A stretch of 63,731 nt of DNA from Chiloscyllium plagiosum (GCF_004010195.1 NC_057720.1:27404168-27467898); one strand, 5' to 3'; counted from the first letter of the stretch, positions 51,401-63,535 are shown. Numbers and translations: made by a program. Notes: generated by a model from the letters alone, not told the origin.

Positions 51401-52064
51401 CAATAATTCAGGTCAAACTTGGCTTGGAGCGCAAAAGCACGAGACAGCAGAAGAAAAGATTACTTTTCAGTGACAAAGAAATCTATTAGCTCTTCACATA
51501 TTCCAGTGGAAGTGATATATAAAGATGATTTGTTTCAGGGAAAAGAAGCCTGGTGCTATCCTTGCTATCCAGAATAATCTTGGAGTAGTAGGAGTTTTAA
51601 ATCGAGGAGATTGAGGCCTAATGGGGTTTAAAATGACAGGGCATATCTCATAATGGATACCTGTTTTGTCTTCTAGATGCACTCTAATCTGTGTCCCTTT
51701 GACATCAGTGAGCAAATTTGGATGGGAGTAGCTATTTTATTGAGGTCAAGGATGGGACCATTGATGCATTTTTAAGATTTGTCTCAGAAAAGCATTTTGT
51801 ATAGTTGCCAGTTTACCCAATATGCTTTCAAGCCTCAGGTGTCAGAAGGGCAATAAGAAGGAAGCAGGTGGAGTACTGATAGCTATTGGAGGTTGGGGCT
51901 AATTATTTGTAAGGGGAAAAACAAAGGTGAGAGAAAAGGAGGAGACATTGGAGCCCAAGTGGTGACAATATTTCTATCCAAAATGTATAGAATAGTGCAA
52001 ATGTAACATTACAAAAATTTTTAAACGTTAACCATAATGCTGTTTACCCCTTGTGTTTTAACAG

Positions 52065-52253
52065 AAGAACAGCTGCCTCATGGATTCCCCACCATTGACA
52101 TGGGCCCACAGCTGAAAGTGGTGGAACGGACTCGCACAGCTACAATGCTCTGTGCTGCCAGTGGAAACCCAGATCCTGAAATCACATGGTTTAAGGACTT
52201 CTTGCCAGTGGACACCAGCAACAGCAATGGGCGAATTAAGCAACTCAGATCAG
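52065..52253 (+). CDS. PTPRF: LAR-family RPTP coding exon, first part of Ig2 (189 bp, phase 1 to 1)
   Basis: Acceptor ttttaacag ends at 52064 and donor gtgaga starts at 52254. Translation (E)[62 protein letters not shown] is in phase with the previous exon. Family is certain; the paralog call rests mainly on the first two exons. Confidence 0.93.
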
Positions 52254-53389
52254 GTGAGATGTTTCCTAACAGCTATTTATTGATCAGTTTGCTTATGTTA
52301 AGGTTGGTGTTTTGGTGCAAAGCTAAATATCTGATGTTGAGCATTATTTATTTGTCGCATTTAATATAGCTGTGCAAATGGCTGCTGATTTTTAAGTAAT
52401 TAGTTTTGGCCATTTTAGCAGTCCACACACTTGGCTGGTTTACCAGGTAGCCCATTAAGGTCTATCCAGTGACACCATCATTTCATTCTTTTTCTATTTG
52501 AAGTGAGCAGAGCTGAAACATTTCCCATGAAATTTCTCGAAGCAATGGAGAAGTATGGTTGAGTCTTATTTGCCTAATCTGTTGCTGATGCAAGGTGGTA
52601 ATCAGTACTGACTTAATTGAATTTTGACACTGAGAATTGAGACCTGCTAATCCAATAACTTGTTGCCTTATCATATTTCCCCAAAACAGCTTCATCATAA
52701 AGAATGGTAGGAAACTTAAAGAGTGATGAGTGTATATACTTACTACATACTTTGTGGAAGTGCAGTTGATACAAGAAGAAATTCATCACTGTTTTTGACC
52801 TTTCTGTGGAAGACATTCAGAAATGTGTGCTTAATTTGGAGGATATGTTCCCTTCCTGTAGGAGTATTTTCATATTTCTTCCAAAATGAGGAGTGTTTAA
52901 GTTCATATTGGCAGAGCCAATTCCTTGGGAGACCACCCTTCTCATGAACCAGCTGTACATGGGTGTAAATATTATGAATCAACTAAAACCATGCAGCTTA
53001 ACATTCAGAATTTTAGACTAAGTATATCTAGAATGGAATGTGTCTTAGTTCTAATGATAGAGTCCATTCATGAGCCGGGCTTGCTTATCAATCAACATGA
53101 AGCATTGCCCGACCCAAGCATTTAACAACTACATTTATTGCAAAGAGCTGACCTGTTTCCTATTGCCAAGCTATGCTGTTCAAACCTCAACTCTGAAAGA
53201 CCTCACAGTCTTCGAGAAAGATCGTTCTGTGCTTTTACAAATGGTGACTGGAAATGCAATGCTATTTCTATTGTAATACTTCTATTAAATGACAATTATT
53301 TTAATTTGTGGGGAAGAGGAAAACTGGAAAGTATCAATGTGACAGAAACACCAAGAAATTAGACTGGGAGTTCAGAAGAAGTGCCTTTA

Positions 53390-53700
53390 CCAGGAGATGC
53401 AGCTGTTTTCAGTTCCTTCATCAAATACCTTCATTCCAGCAGAAGGTCAGAGACAGGAATGTTCACTGGTGATTACACAAGTGTTCAGTATCATTCATGA
53501 CTCCTCAGATACTGAAGCAATCTCCGTCCATATACAGCAAGATCTGGACATTAGGCCTTGTTCTTGATAAGTAGCAAGTGACATTCACGCTACACAAGTG
53601 CTAGACAATGACCATTACACCAAAAGGGAATCTACTAATCTTCACTTGATGTTCAACAGCATTATCATTGCTGAACTCCCCCACAATCCAACACCTTGAA
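53390..53700 (+). mobile_element. CR1/L2-group LINE RT fragment
   Basis: QQDLD and QVTFTLHKC remnants; same family as 11311. Confidence 0.65.
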
Positions 53701-54804
53701 TTGTTTTTGGTACTTGTGCCAGGTGCTTTCCATCTGTGTCCTCTTGTTCTCAATCCTGTCATGAGTGGGAACAATCCTGTCATGAGTTTTTCTTTATCAA
53801 CATTATAGACTCCTCATGATTTTGAAAGGCTTTATCAGATGTCTTCTCTGTAATCTCCTCTCCAAGGAAACTAGTCCTAACTTCCTCCATGCAACATATC
53901 TGAATAAATCATAAATGCGGTATCTAATCCTTTAAACCAATCTTACAAATCTTTTCTGATTTCTTTCCAATTCCTTCACATCCTTCCTGAAATGCAGACC
54001 AAAGAAGTGGATGCAGCATTCCAGCTGAGGCTGAAGTGGCGCCTTGTCTATGTTCAGTGTAACTTCCAGCTTTTGTACTCTGTGCTTCTATCAGTAAACC
54101 TTATGATACTATTTTCTTTATTAAGTGCCCTGTCAGTCTACCTGTCAGCTTTACATTTACAACCAATGTTAAACACCAGAGATTAAAAGACTGGCTGGAT
54201 AGAATCTGAGCATACACTTTTCTAGTCAGAGTTTTATTTCAAATTGTAGATCACAAAACTCCAATCACCTTCACTGTTTGCCATGTATGTATTTTTTAAT
54301 CAACCTTTTCGGAAATGTGATGAAGACCCCTCTATGATAGGCCATGAACACTATCACTGTGCCGCAAGAACCCATGTTCCCTATAATGTAGACACCTAGT
54401 CTTCACCTGATTATCCCTTAATCCCTTTGGGCCTTTGTAACCAGTACGTCCACGTGAAGAGTCCAAGAAAGCTTGTTATCTGTTACCTAGTTCCATTTGA
54501 TCTCAGGCATCCCTGCTGGACCCTGCTAAATAATTCATCTAGACTCAAAACATTAGCTTGCTTTCTGTCCATGGATGCTGCCTTACCCGCTGTCATCTCC
54601 AGAATTTTTTGTTTTCCGAGTTCAGATTCTGCAGTAATTTGCTCCTGCTAAATGATTATTAGCAGGTCCATCTGTTCCAATGTTTCCTTCACAGTTTTAC
54701 CCTTTATTTTATAATGCCTTTGCATGTTCTTCTGAAGAAAATGAATCACTTCACCCTTCTCTGCATTTAACTTCATTTGACACCTATCTGCCCATTCCAT
54801 CAAC

Positions 54805-55990
54805 TTGAACTGAATTGAATTGAATTGAATTTATTGTCATGTGTACTGAGGCACAGTGAAAAGCGTGAAAAGCTTTGTCTTGCAAGCAACACATGCAGAT
54901 CACAGAGTTAAGTTGGGTAGATAAGTAAATAATAGATAAACAGCAGCAAAAACCAAAATACAGGTACAGGCAAATGCTAAGAGTTTGTGAGTCCATTCAG
55001 TATTCTAATAACAGTAGGGTAGAAACTGTTTTGAAACCGGCTGGTGCGTGTGTTCAGGCTGCTGTACCTTCTCCCCAATGGTAGAGGTTGGAGAAAAGCA
55101 TTGTCAGGGTGGGATGGATCTTTGAGAATGCTGGTGGCCTTTCTTTGACAATGGGCTTGGTAGATGGATTCTATAGAGGGGAGGTTGGCCTTTGTGATTG
55201 TCCGGGCCGAGTTCACCACTTTCTGTAAATGCCAGTCTTGAATGGTACAGTTGCCATACTAGGTAGTGATGCATCCACTCAGAATGCTCTAGATGGTGTA
55301 CCTATAAAAGTTGGCAAGGGTATTCACCATCATACCAAATTTTCTCAGCAGCCTGAGGAAGAAGAGATATTGTTGGGCCTTTGTAACCAGTGCGTCCACA
55401 TGAAGAGTCCAAGAAAGTTTGTTGTTGATGACCACTCCCAGGAACTTGACACTCTCTACTCATTCCACTCTGTGCTGTTAATGTTAAGGGGACATGAGTA
55501 ACATCCCACCGAAAGTCATTAATAAGTGCCTTGGTTTTGCTGGCATTGAGAGCTAGGTTGTTCTGAGTGCACCATTTTTCCAGGTCTTCCACCTCACGTT
55601 TGTAGTCTATTTTGTCGCCATCTGAGATTCGACTGACTATGGTGGTGTTGTCAGCGACCCTGTAAGTGGCAATAGTCTAGTATTTAGCAATGTAGTCATG
55701 GGTATACAGTGAGTAAAGTAGGGGGCTGAATACACACCCCTGGGGGGCTCCAGTGTTGAGTGTTAGTGAGGATGAAATATTGTCCTTGGTCTTCACTAAT
55801 TGTGGCCTGTGGGTCAGGAAACTGAGGATCCAGTTGCAGAGAGTGGGGCTTAGTCTGATATCACTAAGTTTAGTAATTAGTCTCAAGGGGATAATTGTGT
55901 TGAAGACTGATCTGTAGTCAATGAGTAGGATTCTTACATAGCTATTCTTGGTGTCAAGATGTTCTAAGGAGGAGTGAAGGGCAAGTGATA
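54805..55990 (-). mobile_element. Rex1/Babar-like LINE, 5'-truncated
   Basis: ORF 55677..55886 [68 protein letters not shown] plus (TTCAA)n tail at 54805-54836. Confidence 0.88.
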
Positions 55991-56783
55991 TGCCCTTATT
56001 TATGTCATTTTAAATTTCTGCACCAGCCTGCTCACAGTTTATAATGCATTCAAGTTTCATATTGTCTAGCAACTTTGAAATTGTGTTCTGTCTACCAAGT
56101 TCTGTATATAAATCAGGAAAGGCAAGGATCCCAACATTGACTTGCGGGATACATCACTACAGTCTTTCCTCCAGCCCACAAAGTATTCACTAACAACAAT
56201 TTTCTGTCTCCTGTATCTCAGCTTACTTTGTAAACATAGAAACAAAGAAATTAGGAGCAGGAGTAAGCCATTCAGCTCTTCGAGCCTTTCCATCATTAAA
56301 AATGTTCATGGTTCATCCTTTATCCCATTTTTTCCCCCATGCTACTTGGTACCCTTAAAATCTAAAATTTTACTTATTTCCTTCTTCAGTTTATTCAGAG
56401 ATTTGGCCTCCACAGCTTCTGTGGTAGAAAATTCCACAGGTTCACAACCCTTTCAGTGAAAATTGTTTTCCTCATCTCTGACCTCAATGGCCTGCCTCAT
56501 ATCCAAAGACTATGATCCTGTTTCTAGACTCCTCAACCAGAGAAGTTATCCTCCCTGCATCTAGACTGTCCAGCCCTTTTAAAATTTTACGCAACCTCTC
56601 TCATTCTTGTAAACTCTCATGAATACTGGTCCAGTTGAACCAATTACTCTTTCATATGACATAAGAACATTGTATCAGTGTTGATACTTCCCTTTTATTT
56701 CATGAGCTGTAACTTTCCTAAAGTCTGTTATGTGGCTTGGATCAAATTCCTTTTTAGAGTCTATCAATACCATATTACATGAT

Positions 56784-56983
56784 CATGATGTAGAGGTGCC
56801 GTTGTTGAACTGGGGTGGACAAAGTCAGAAGTCACACGACAGCAGGTTATAATCCAACAGGTTTATTTGAAGTCACAAGCTTTCGAAGCGCTGCTCCTTT
56901 GTCAGATGAAGCAGTGTTCTGAAAGCTTGTGATTTCAAATTAACCTCTTTTCTTATAATCACGTGTTGTGGACTTCTGACTTT
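56784..56983. mobile_element. Penelope-like terminal fragment (family B), fold-back
   Basis: Inverted arms aaagtcagaagtcac..tcacaagctttc / gaaagcttgtga..gacttctgacttt; 12-bp TSD atattacatgat (56772-56783) / atattacgtgat (56984-56995). Confidence 0.8.
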
Positions 56984-57919
56984 ATATTACGTGATGGTCT
57001 GACCCTGATCAACCCTTTCTATTAACCTTTTTAAAAAACTCCAGCAAGTCAGTTAAGCCCAAATTTCCCTTAAGAAATCCATGCTGACTTTAATTTGTCC
57101 CTGAGCTATTGTTTCAAGCAAAGTTCCCCACAACTGAAATTAAATTGACCGGCATGTAGTTAATGGGCTCACCTTTATCCCCTTTTTGGAAGAATTTTAT
57201 ATGATTCCCAATTCTCATGTCATCTGGCATAACCCTCCATTCTAAGAATACTGAAAAATTATGACCTTTTGAGGAAATATAGTTTGACTGCACCCAAACT
57301 ATCTCTTTTAAGGCAGCCCACTATTCAACTGTTGTTTTCTACCAGCCTTTGATTAGAATGTATTCAGTCCAAATCCATTCTCAACCCAATTAAGTTGGCT
57401 TTACCTTAGTTAATTGTTGATTGTTGTTTGTCCTTTCCCATTGTCAGATTAAATATGTTATAATGAACACTGTCCACTAGATGTTCCTCTTTGACACTTG
57501 ACCTATTTGACCACCCCTGTCCCAAGGACCAGGTCCAGCAGGTCCTCATTTCGCTTTGACTGGAAAATTGTTCCTGAACATTATTCTAGGAACTCTTACT
57601 CCTCTCTACACTTTATTCTGTTATTGTCTAGTTTATATTTAGAAAATTAATATCACCTATTATAACTACACTTTACCCTTGCATATTTCTGTAATCCCCT
57701 TTCAAATCTGTTCCTCTTTATCCTTCCCAATACTTGGTAGAATTTAGACTACACCAGACAATGTAAGTGCAATTTTTATCTTTCTTAGCTTTCGCTGCAT
57801 AATTATCTAACATTGGAAGATTTATTTCTTAATTTGAGCATTTGAAAAATTTGCTTAGTGTTCATATTGTTCAGGCTATCCGCTTACTTCCTGCAAGATT
57901 GACTCTTCAAATTGCCAAT

Positions 57920-59165
57920 TCAGAATCACAGAATTATCACGGCATAGAAAGAGCCCATTTGGCCCATTATGTCAGCACCAGCTGTTCAAATGAGCATCAA
58001 TAGCTCGTGCCCAATCTCTTGACCTTTACCCAAAACCTTGCACACTATTTCTATTCAAATAATCAGACAATGCCCTCTTGAATACCTCAGTTGAACTTGC
58101 CTCCACTACATTTCCAGGTATGGCATTCCATATCCTAAATACTCACTGTATGAAAAACTTTTTTCTCACATCAGTCTTGCTTCTTTTATACATCACTATT
58201 AATCCATGTGTTTCTCATTCTTGTTCCTTTTACACGTGGAAACAGCTTCTCCCTACCTACTCTATCTGGCCCGCTTATGATTTCGAAAACCTCAATTAGA
58301 TGACCTCTTAGCTGTCTTTTCCCCAAGAACAGTCCCAATTTGTTCAGTCTATCCCCATAACTGAAGTTTCTCATTCCTAGAACTATTCTTGTAACTCATT
58401 TCTGTACCCATCCCAATACTTTAACATCTTTCTTATAATACGGTGCCTACAGGTGTACACTGTACTTGTCTGAGGTCGAACAAATATCTTTTATAAGTTC
58501 ATCATCACCTCCTTGCTCTTGTACTCTATGCTTTATTAACTGTTTTCTCCACCCGTCCTGCCACCTTCAATGATCTGTGGACATATACACCCAGGTTCCT
58601 CTATTCCTGCACCCGTTTAGGCATTGTACCCCCACTTTCTGTTTTCTTTCAATGTTCTGCCTGCCAAAATGCTTCACCTCACATGTTTCTGCATTAAACC
58701 TCTCATCTTCCACCTATCTGTTCACTCCACTAACTTGTCAATGACCTTGTGGAATTCCACACTGTCCTCCTTACTGTTCACAATTCTTCAAGTTTCGCAT
58801 CACCTGTAAACTTTGCAATTTTTCACTGCACACCAAGATTGATATCATTAATATGTATCAGGAAAAGCAACAGTCTCAGTACTGACCCCAGGAGATCTCC
58901 ACTACAAAAATTGAAAGAACTGCAGATACTGTAAATCAGAAACGAAATTGCTGGAAAAGCTCAGCAGGTTTGGCAGCATCTGTGAAAAGAAATCAGTTAA
59001 TGTTTCGGGCCCGGTGGCCAGTCCTGAGGAAGGATTACTGAACCCGAAATGCTAACTCAGATTTCTCTTCACAAATCCTGCGAGATCTGCTGAGCTTTCC
59101 AGCAATTTCTGCTTTTTTTGTGACCTCCACTACAAACCTTCTCTGGCCCGAATTGTCCATTGATT
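57920..59165 (-). mobile_element. CR1 LINE 3' portion
   Basis: ORF 58186..58374 FSYGDRLNKLGLF..LRGHLIEVFEII; tail at 57920. Confidence 0.8.
58909..59124. mobile_element. Penelope-like terminal fragment (family C), fold-back
   Basis: Arms gaaattgctggaaaagctcagcag..tttcggg / cccgaaa..ctgctgagctttccagcaatttc; 12-bp TSD ctccactacaaa at 58897-58908 and 59125-59136. Confidence 0.8.
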
Positions 59166-59749
59166 ACAAATTCCCCCTTCAACACAGGCATCAAAAGCCT
59201 AGCCTCCTAAGGCTACACCTCTCTTGGATTGAATATTCTTTATTTGTCATGTTTTATATGTTAAACCCTTCTTACTCCACCACCACTTTCAGCTTAGCTA
59301 TACAGGAAGTTCAACTCTATATTAGTAGAATGTGTTATCTCCATCTTTTGTCTTCGACTCTGATAAATTAAGAATAGGGCTATTCATGGGGTCCTGCTGT
59401 ACCAAGCATAGTTTAGTTTTTTAGTACACTTCACGTTGGGTGTGGCAAGACTGTAGAGATTTGATATCACCACCCTGGGAACACTTAGCACTGTCTATAG
59501 CAAGTTACTTTAGCATGTATGTTGTTTTGCATGTTTAGCATGTATGTAGTCAGTCATCACTAGCATCACTAGGTTGATTTTTAAATATGCCTCTGCCTCC
59601 AGGTATACTCAGTTGCATTCTACATTGAATCAATGTTGTGATGGCAGAGTGAGGGATGTACTTGGCCATTAGGTTACTGATCATGAAGAAATACATTCTG
59701 CTGATGCTGATGGACTACAGCATCTCATGTTTTGTGCTCACAAAACCCT

Positions 59750-60300
59750 TAGAAATTTGGATGTGAATTTGCTCGCTGAGGTGCAAAGTTTGGTTTCAGT
59801 CGTTTCGTCACCATACTAGGTAACATCATCAGTGAGCCTCTGGTGAAGCTCTTGTGTTATGTCCTGCTTTCTATTTATGTGTTTAGGTTTCTTTGGGTGT
59901 TTGGTGATATTATTTCCAGTTCTTTTTCTCAGAGGATGGTGGACGGGGTCCAAATTGATGTATTTGTTGATAGAGTTCTGGTTGGAATACCATGGTCTTA
60001 GGAATTCTTGTGTGTGCCTCTCTCTGGCTTGGCCTAGGATGGATGTGTTGTCCCAATCAAACTGGTGTCCATCTTTGTCTACATGTAAGGAGACTAGTGA
60101 TAGTAGGTCATGTCTTTTTGTGGCTAGTTGACGTTCATGTATCCTGGTGGCTAGTTTTCTGCCTGTTTGTCCAATGTAGTATTTTTTACAGTCCTTGCAA
60201 GGTATTTTGTAAATGATGTTCATTTTGCTTGTTGTCTGTATAGGGTCTTTCAAGTTCACTGGCTGCTGTTTAAGTGTATTGGTTTGTCAGCTACCATGAT
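59750..60300 (-). mobile_element. Penelope-like element GIY-YIG endonuclease region and 3' end (family D)
   Basis: ORF 59816..60259: NIIYKIPCKDCKKYYIGQTGRKLATRIHE..HQFDWDNTSIL. Confidence 0.92.
59796..59835 (-). ncRNA. Minimal hammerhead-like motif (PLE family D), probably inactivated
   Basis: UCA-CUGAUGA-U-GUUACC(UAGUAU)GGUGAC-GAAA-CGAC-UGA: 3-bp stem I and 6-bp stem II; the cleavage triplet reads GAC rather than GUC. Confidence 0.55.
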
Positions 60301-60309
60301 GTCAGCTAC

Positions 60310-63240
60310 CATGTCCAGGCTGTTCAGTGTTCTGTAAGTTTCAGTCAGATCTCCCCTAATCCTTCTGAACTCCATCAAGTATAGTCCCAGAGTCCTCAAA
60401 CATTTGTCATGTGTTAAGACTTTAATTTCTGGGATCATCCTCGTGAACCTCCTCTGGACTTGCTCCAGGGCCAATATACCGTTCCTGAGCTAAGGGCCCA
60501 AAATTGCTCAAATACTCTAAATGTGATCTGACTGGAGCCTTAAAAAGCCTTAGAAGTGCACTCCAGCTTTTATATTCTAGTTCTCTCAAGATGAATGACA
60601 ACATTGTATTTGCCTTCCTAAATACTGACTCAGTCTGCAAGTTTGCCATAAGAGAAAACTGGACTAGGACTCCCAAGTCCCTTTGCACTTCTGATTTCTG
60701 AATTTTCTCCCCATTTAGAAAACAGTCCATGCCTCTATTCTTCTTACTAAATTGACCCACACTTTCCCATGTTGAACTTCATCTGCACTTATTTGCCCAC
60801 TCTTCTAACCTGTCTAAATCTATCTGCAGCCTCCCTGCTTCCTCCATACTACTTGCCCTCCACCTATCTTTGTATCATCTACAAACTTAGTCAGAATGCC
60901 CTCAGTTCCTTCATCAAGATCAATAATGTATAAAGTGAAAAGTTGTGGTTCCAACACTGGCCCTGGTGGAGTACCGCTTGTCACCAGCTGCCGTCCTGAG
61001 AAGGACCCTTTTATTCCCACTCTTTGCCTTCTGCTAGACAGCCAATCTTCTATCCATGCTAGTGTCTGGCCTCTAACACCACATGCTCCAGTCTTACTCA
61101 GCAGCCTCCTCTGCACACTTTAACACAGGCCTTCTGGAAGTCCAAATAGATAACATCCATTAGCTCTCCTTGGTCTAAGCTGCTCATTAATTCTTCAAAG
61201 AATTCTAACAGATTTGTCAGGCATGACTCCCCTTGATGAAACATGCTGACTTTGCCCTATTTTACAATGCACTTCTAAGTATTCAGAAATATCATCCTTT
61301 ACAATGGACTCCAAAATCTTACCAACGATTGAGGTCATGCTAATCGGCCTATAAATTTCTCTTTTTTTTAGATTACTTACAGTGTGGAAACAGGCCCTTC
61401 GGCCCTTCCACACCGCCCCGCCGAAGCGCAACCCACCCATACCCCTACATGTACCCCTTACCTAACACTACGGGCAATTTAGCATGGCCAATTCACCTGA
61501 CCTGCACATCTTTGGACTGTGGGAGGAAACCGGAGCACCCAGAGGAAACCCACGCAGACACGAGGAGAACGTGCAAACTCCACACAGTCAGTCGCCTGAG
61601 GCGGGAAATGAACCCGGGTCTCTGGCGCTGTGAGGCAGTAGTGCTAACCACTGTGCCACCGTGCTCCCTTCTTAAACAGAGAGGTTACATTTTCTTTAAC
61701 AGAGAGGTTACATTTTCCTGTCCTCTGGGACCCTTCCCAACTCCAGTGATACCTAAAAGATACTACTGAAGCCTCCACTTTCTTCATCTATCTCCTTCAG
61801 AATTCTAGATTGTTGGTGATTTATCCATTTTCAGATATTACAGATTTTCTAGCACCTTCTCCTTGGTGATGGCCACTGTACTTATCTCTGCCCTCTGAAT
61901 CTCTTGAATTTTTGGAATGTTGCTCATATGTTCCACTGTGAAGACTGACGCAAAGTGCTTATTCAGTTCCGGAGCAATTTCTTTGTTCCCCATTACTACT
62001 TCTTCAGCATTATTTTCCCACAGCCCAATGTCTACTTTTGCCTTTCTTTTGCCCTTTATATATCTAAAGAAACTTTTGCAATCTTTCCTAATATTACTGG
62101 CTAGCTTACCCTCATATTTAATCTTCTCCTTCCTTATTTCTTTCTTCGTTGTCCTCTGTTGCTCTTTGTAGGCTTCCCACTTCCCTTTGCCACATTATAT
62201 GCTTTCTCTTTTGCTTTTATGCTGTCTCTGACTTCCCTGGTCAGCCGTGGTTGCCTCATTCTCCCTTTAGTTTGTTTCTTCTTCCTTGGCATGAATTTTT
62301 GCTGTTCCACTGTCTTTCCTACTAGGCTCCTCTCCCAGTCATTTCTACCCAGCTCCTCTCTCATGTCTCTGTAGTTGCCTTTATTCAACTGAAATATCAT
62401 TACATCTGATTCCATCTTCTCCCTTTCAAATTGCAGAGTAAATTCTGTTACATTATGGTCACTGCCTCCAAAGGGTTCTTTCACACTAAGCTCCCTTATC
62501 AAGTCTGCCTCTGTGCACAACACTAAATCCAGAATTGACTGTTCCCTACTGGGCTCCACCTCAAGCTGCTCCAAAAAGCCATCTTGTAGATATTCCACAA
62601 ATTCCTTTTCTTGGGATCCTCTACCAAATTGCTTTTCCCAGTCCACCTGCATATTGAAATCCCCCACGATCACTGTAACCTTGCTCTTAGTGTATCTTAT
62701 GCCCATATCCTGACAACACGTTGGAGGCCTGCAGATAACTCCCATTATGGTTTTCATACTTTTGCAGTTCCTCAACTCTACCCACACAAATTCTACATCA
62801 TTTGACCCTACGTTGTTTATTGCTATTGATTTAATTTCATTTTTTTACTGACAAGGCAACTGCACCCTCTCTGTCCACCTGCCTGTCTTTTCAATAGGAT
62901 ATATATCCTTGGATATTTAGCTCTCAGTCCTGATGCCCTTGCAGCACATCTCCGTGATGTCCACCATATCATTCCTGCCAATCTTGATCTGTGCCACAAT
63001 CTCATTTACCTTATTTTGTATATTGTGTGCATTCAGATACAATACCATCAGTCCTGTGTTGATCATCCCTCTTCTCGTTGTTATTCATTTGTCCAGTGTG
63101 TTTGAGGTTTGATTCCCAACCCTTTCCAAACACTCTGTCCTATTTTGTGTGCTGGAGACTTTAATAACCCCTCCTTTTCATTTTTAAAATAGTTTTCAAT
63201 GCAATTGAATCCACCCCCACAGATGTTAACCTGCAGCTTT
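60310..63240 (-). mobile_element. Long CR1 LINE ORF2 remnant (endonuclease plus RT)
   Basis: ORF 62134..62787 (VGDFN, LDLVL, GGSDHN: APE endonuclease), 61195..61440 (YRPISMTS), 60820..61116 (KFVDDTKIGG), 60422..60760. Confidence 0.92.
61368..61665 (-). mobile_element. Young V-SINE (HE1-like), nested in CR1
   Basis: Near-complete head (gcacggtggcacagtggttagc on the minus strand), V domain and tail, with CpGs retained. Confidence 0.9.
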
Positions 63241-63419
63241 GCTTCTAATTGGTCATTGTACTTCCCTTCCTCCCCACTTCTGAGTTTATTGCTTCCTTCC
63301 TTGCACTCCTGCATACTTGATATTAATGGAAGCTTATAGTTGAACTGTGATTGAATGATGGAGTTAGCAAATATTTTTTGTTCACGTGGTGACATTTCCC
63401 CACCACTAGTAATTTTTTA

Positions 63420-63535
63420 AAACTTTTTTTTAATCACCCTGTTCAGAGTTGTTATTAACACCTGTCTGGAGCAAATGGGATTGAACCTGGACTTTCTGGT
63501 CAGAGGTAGGGATACTACCACTGCACTATAAGAAA
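63420..63535 (-). mobile_element. Short tRNA-derived SINE
   Basis: Minus strand: tagtgcagtggtagt A-box, ggttcaatccc B-box, A-rich tail. Confidence 0.65.

Larger units (their letters stand above)
53720..57780 (-). mobile_element. Old, fragmented CR1 LINE sequence hosting nested insertions
   Basis: Reverse-strand CR1 ORF2 remnants at 53720-54150, 54660-54805, 55995-56225 and 56680-57780, e.g. SMLGSLPFLIYI in ORF 56066..56296. Confidence 0.6.
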
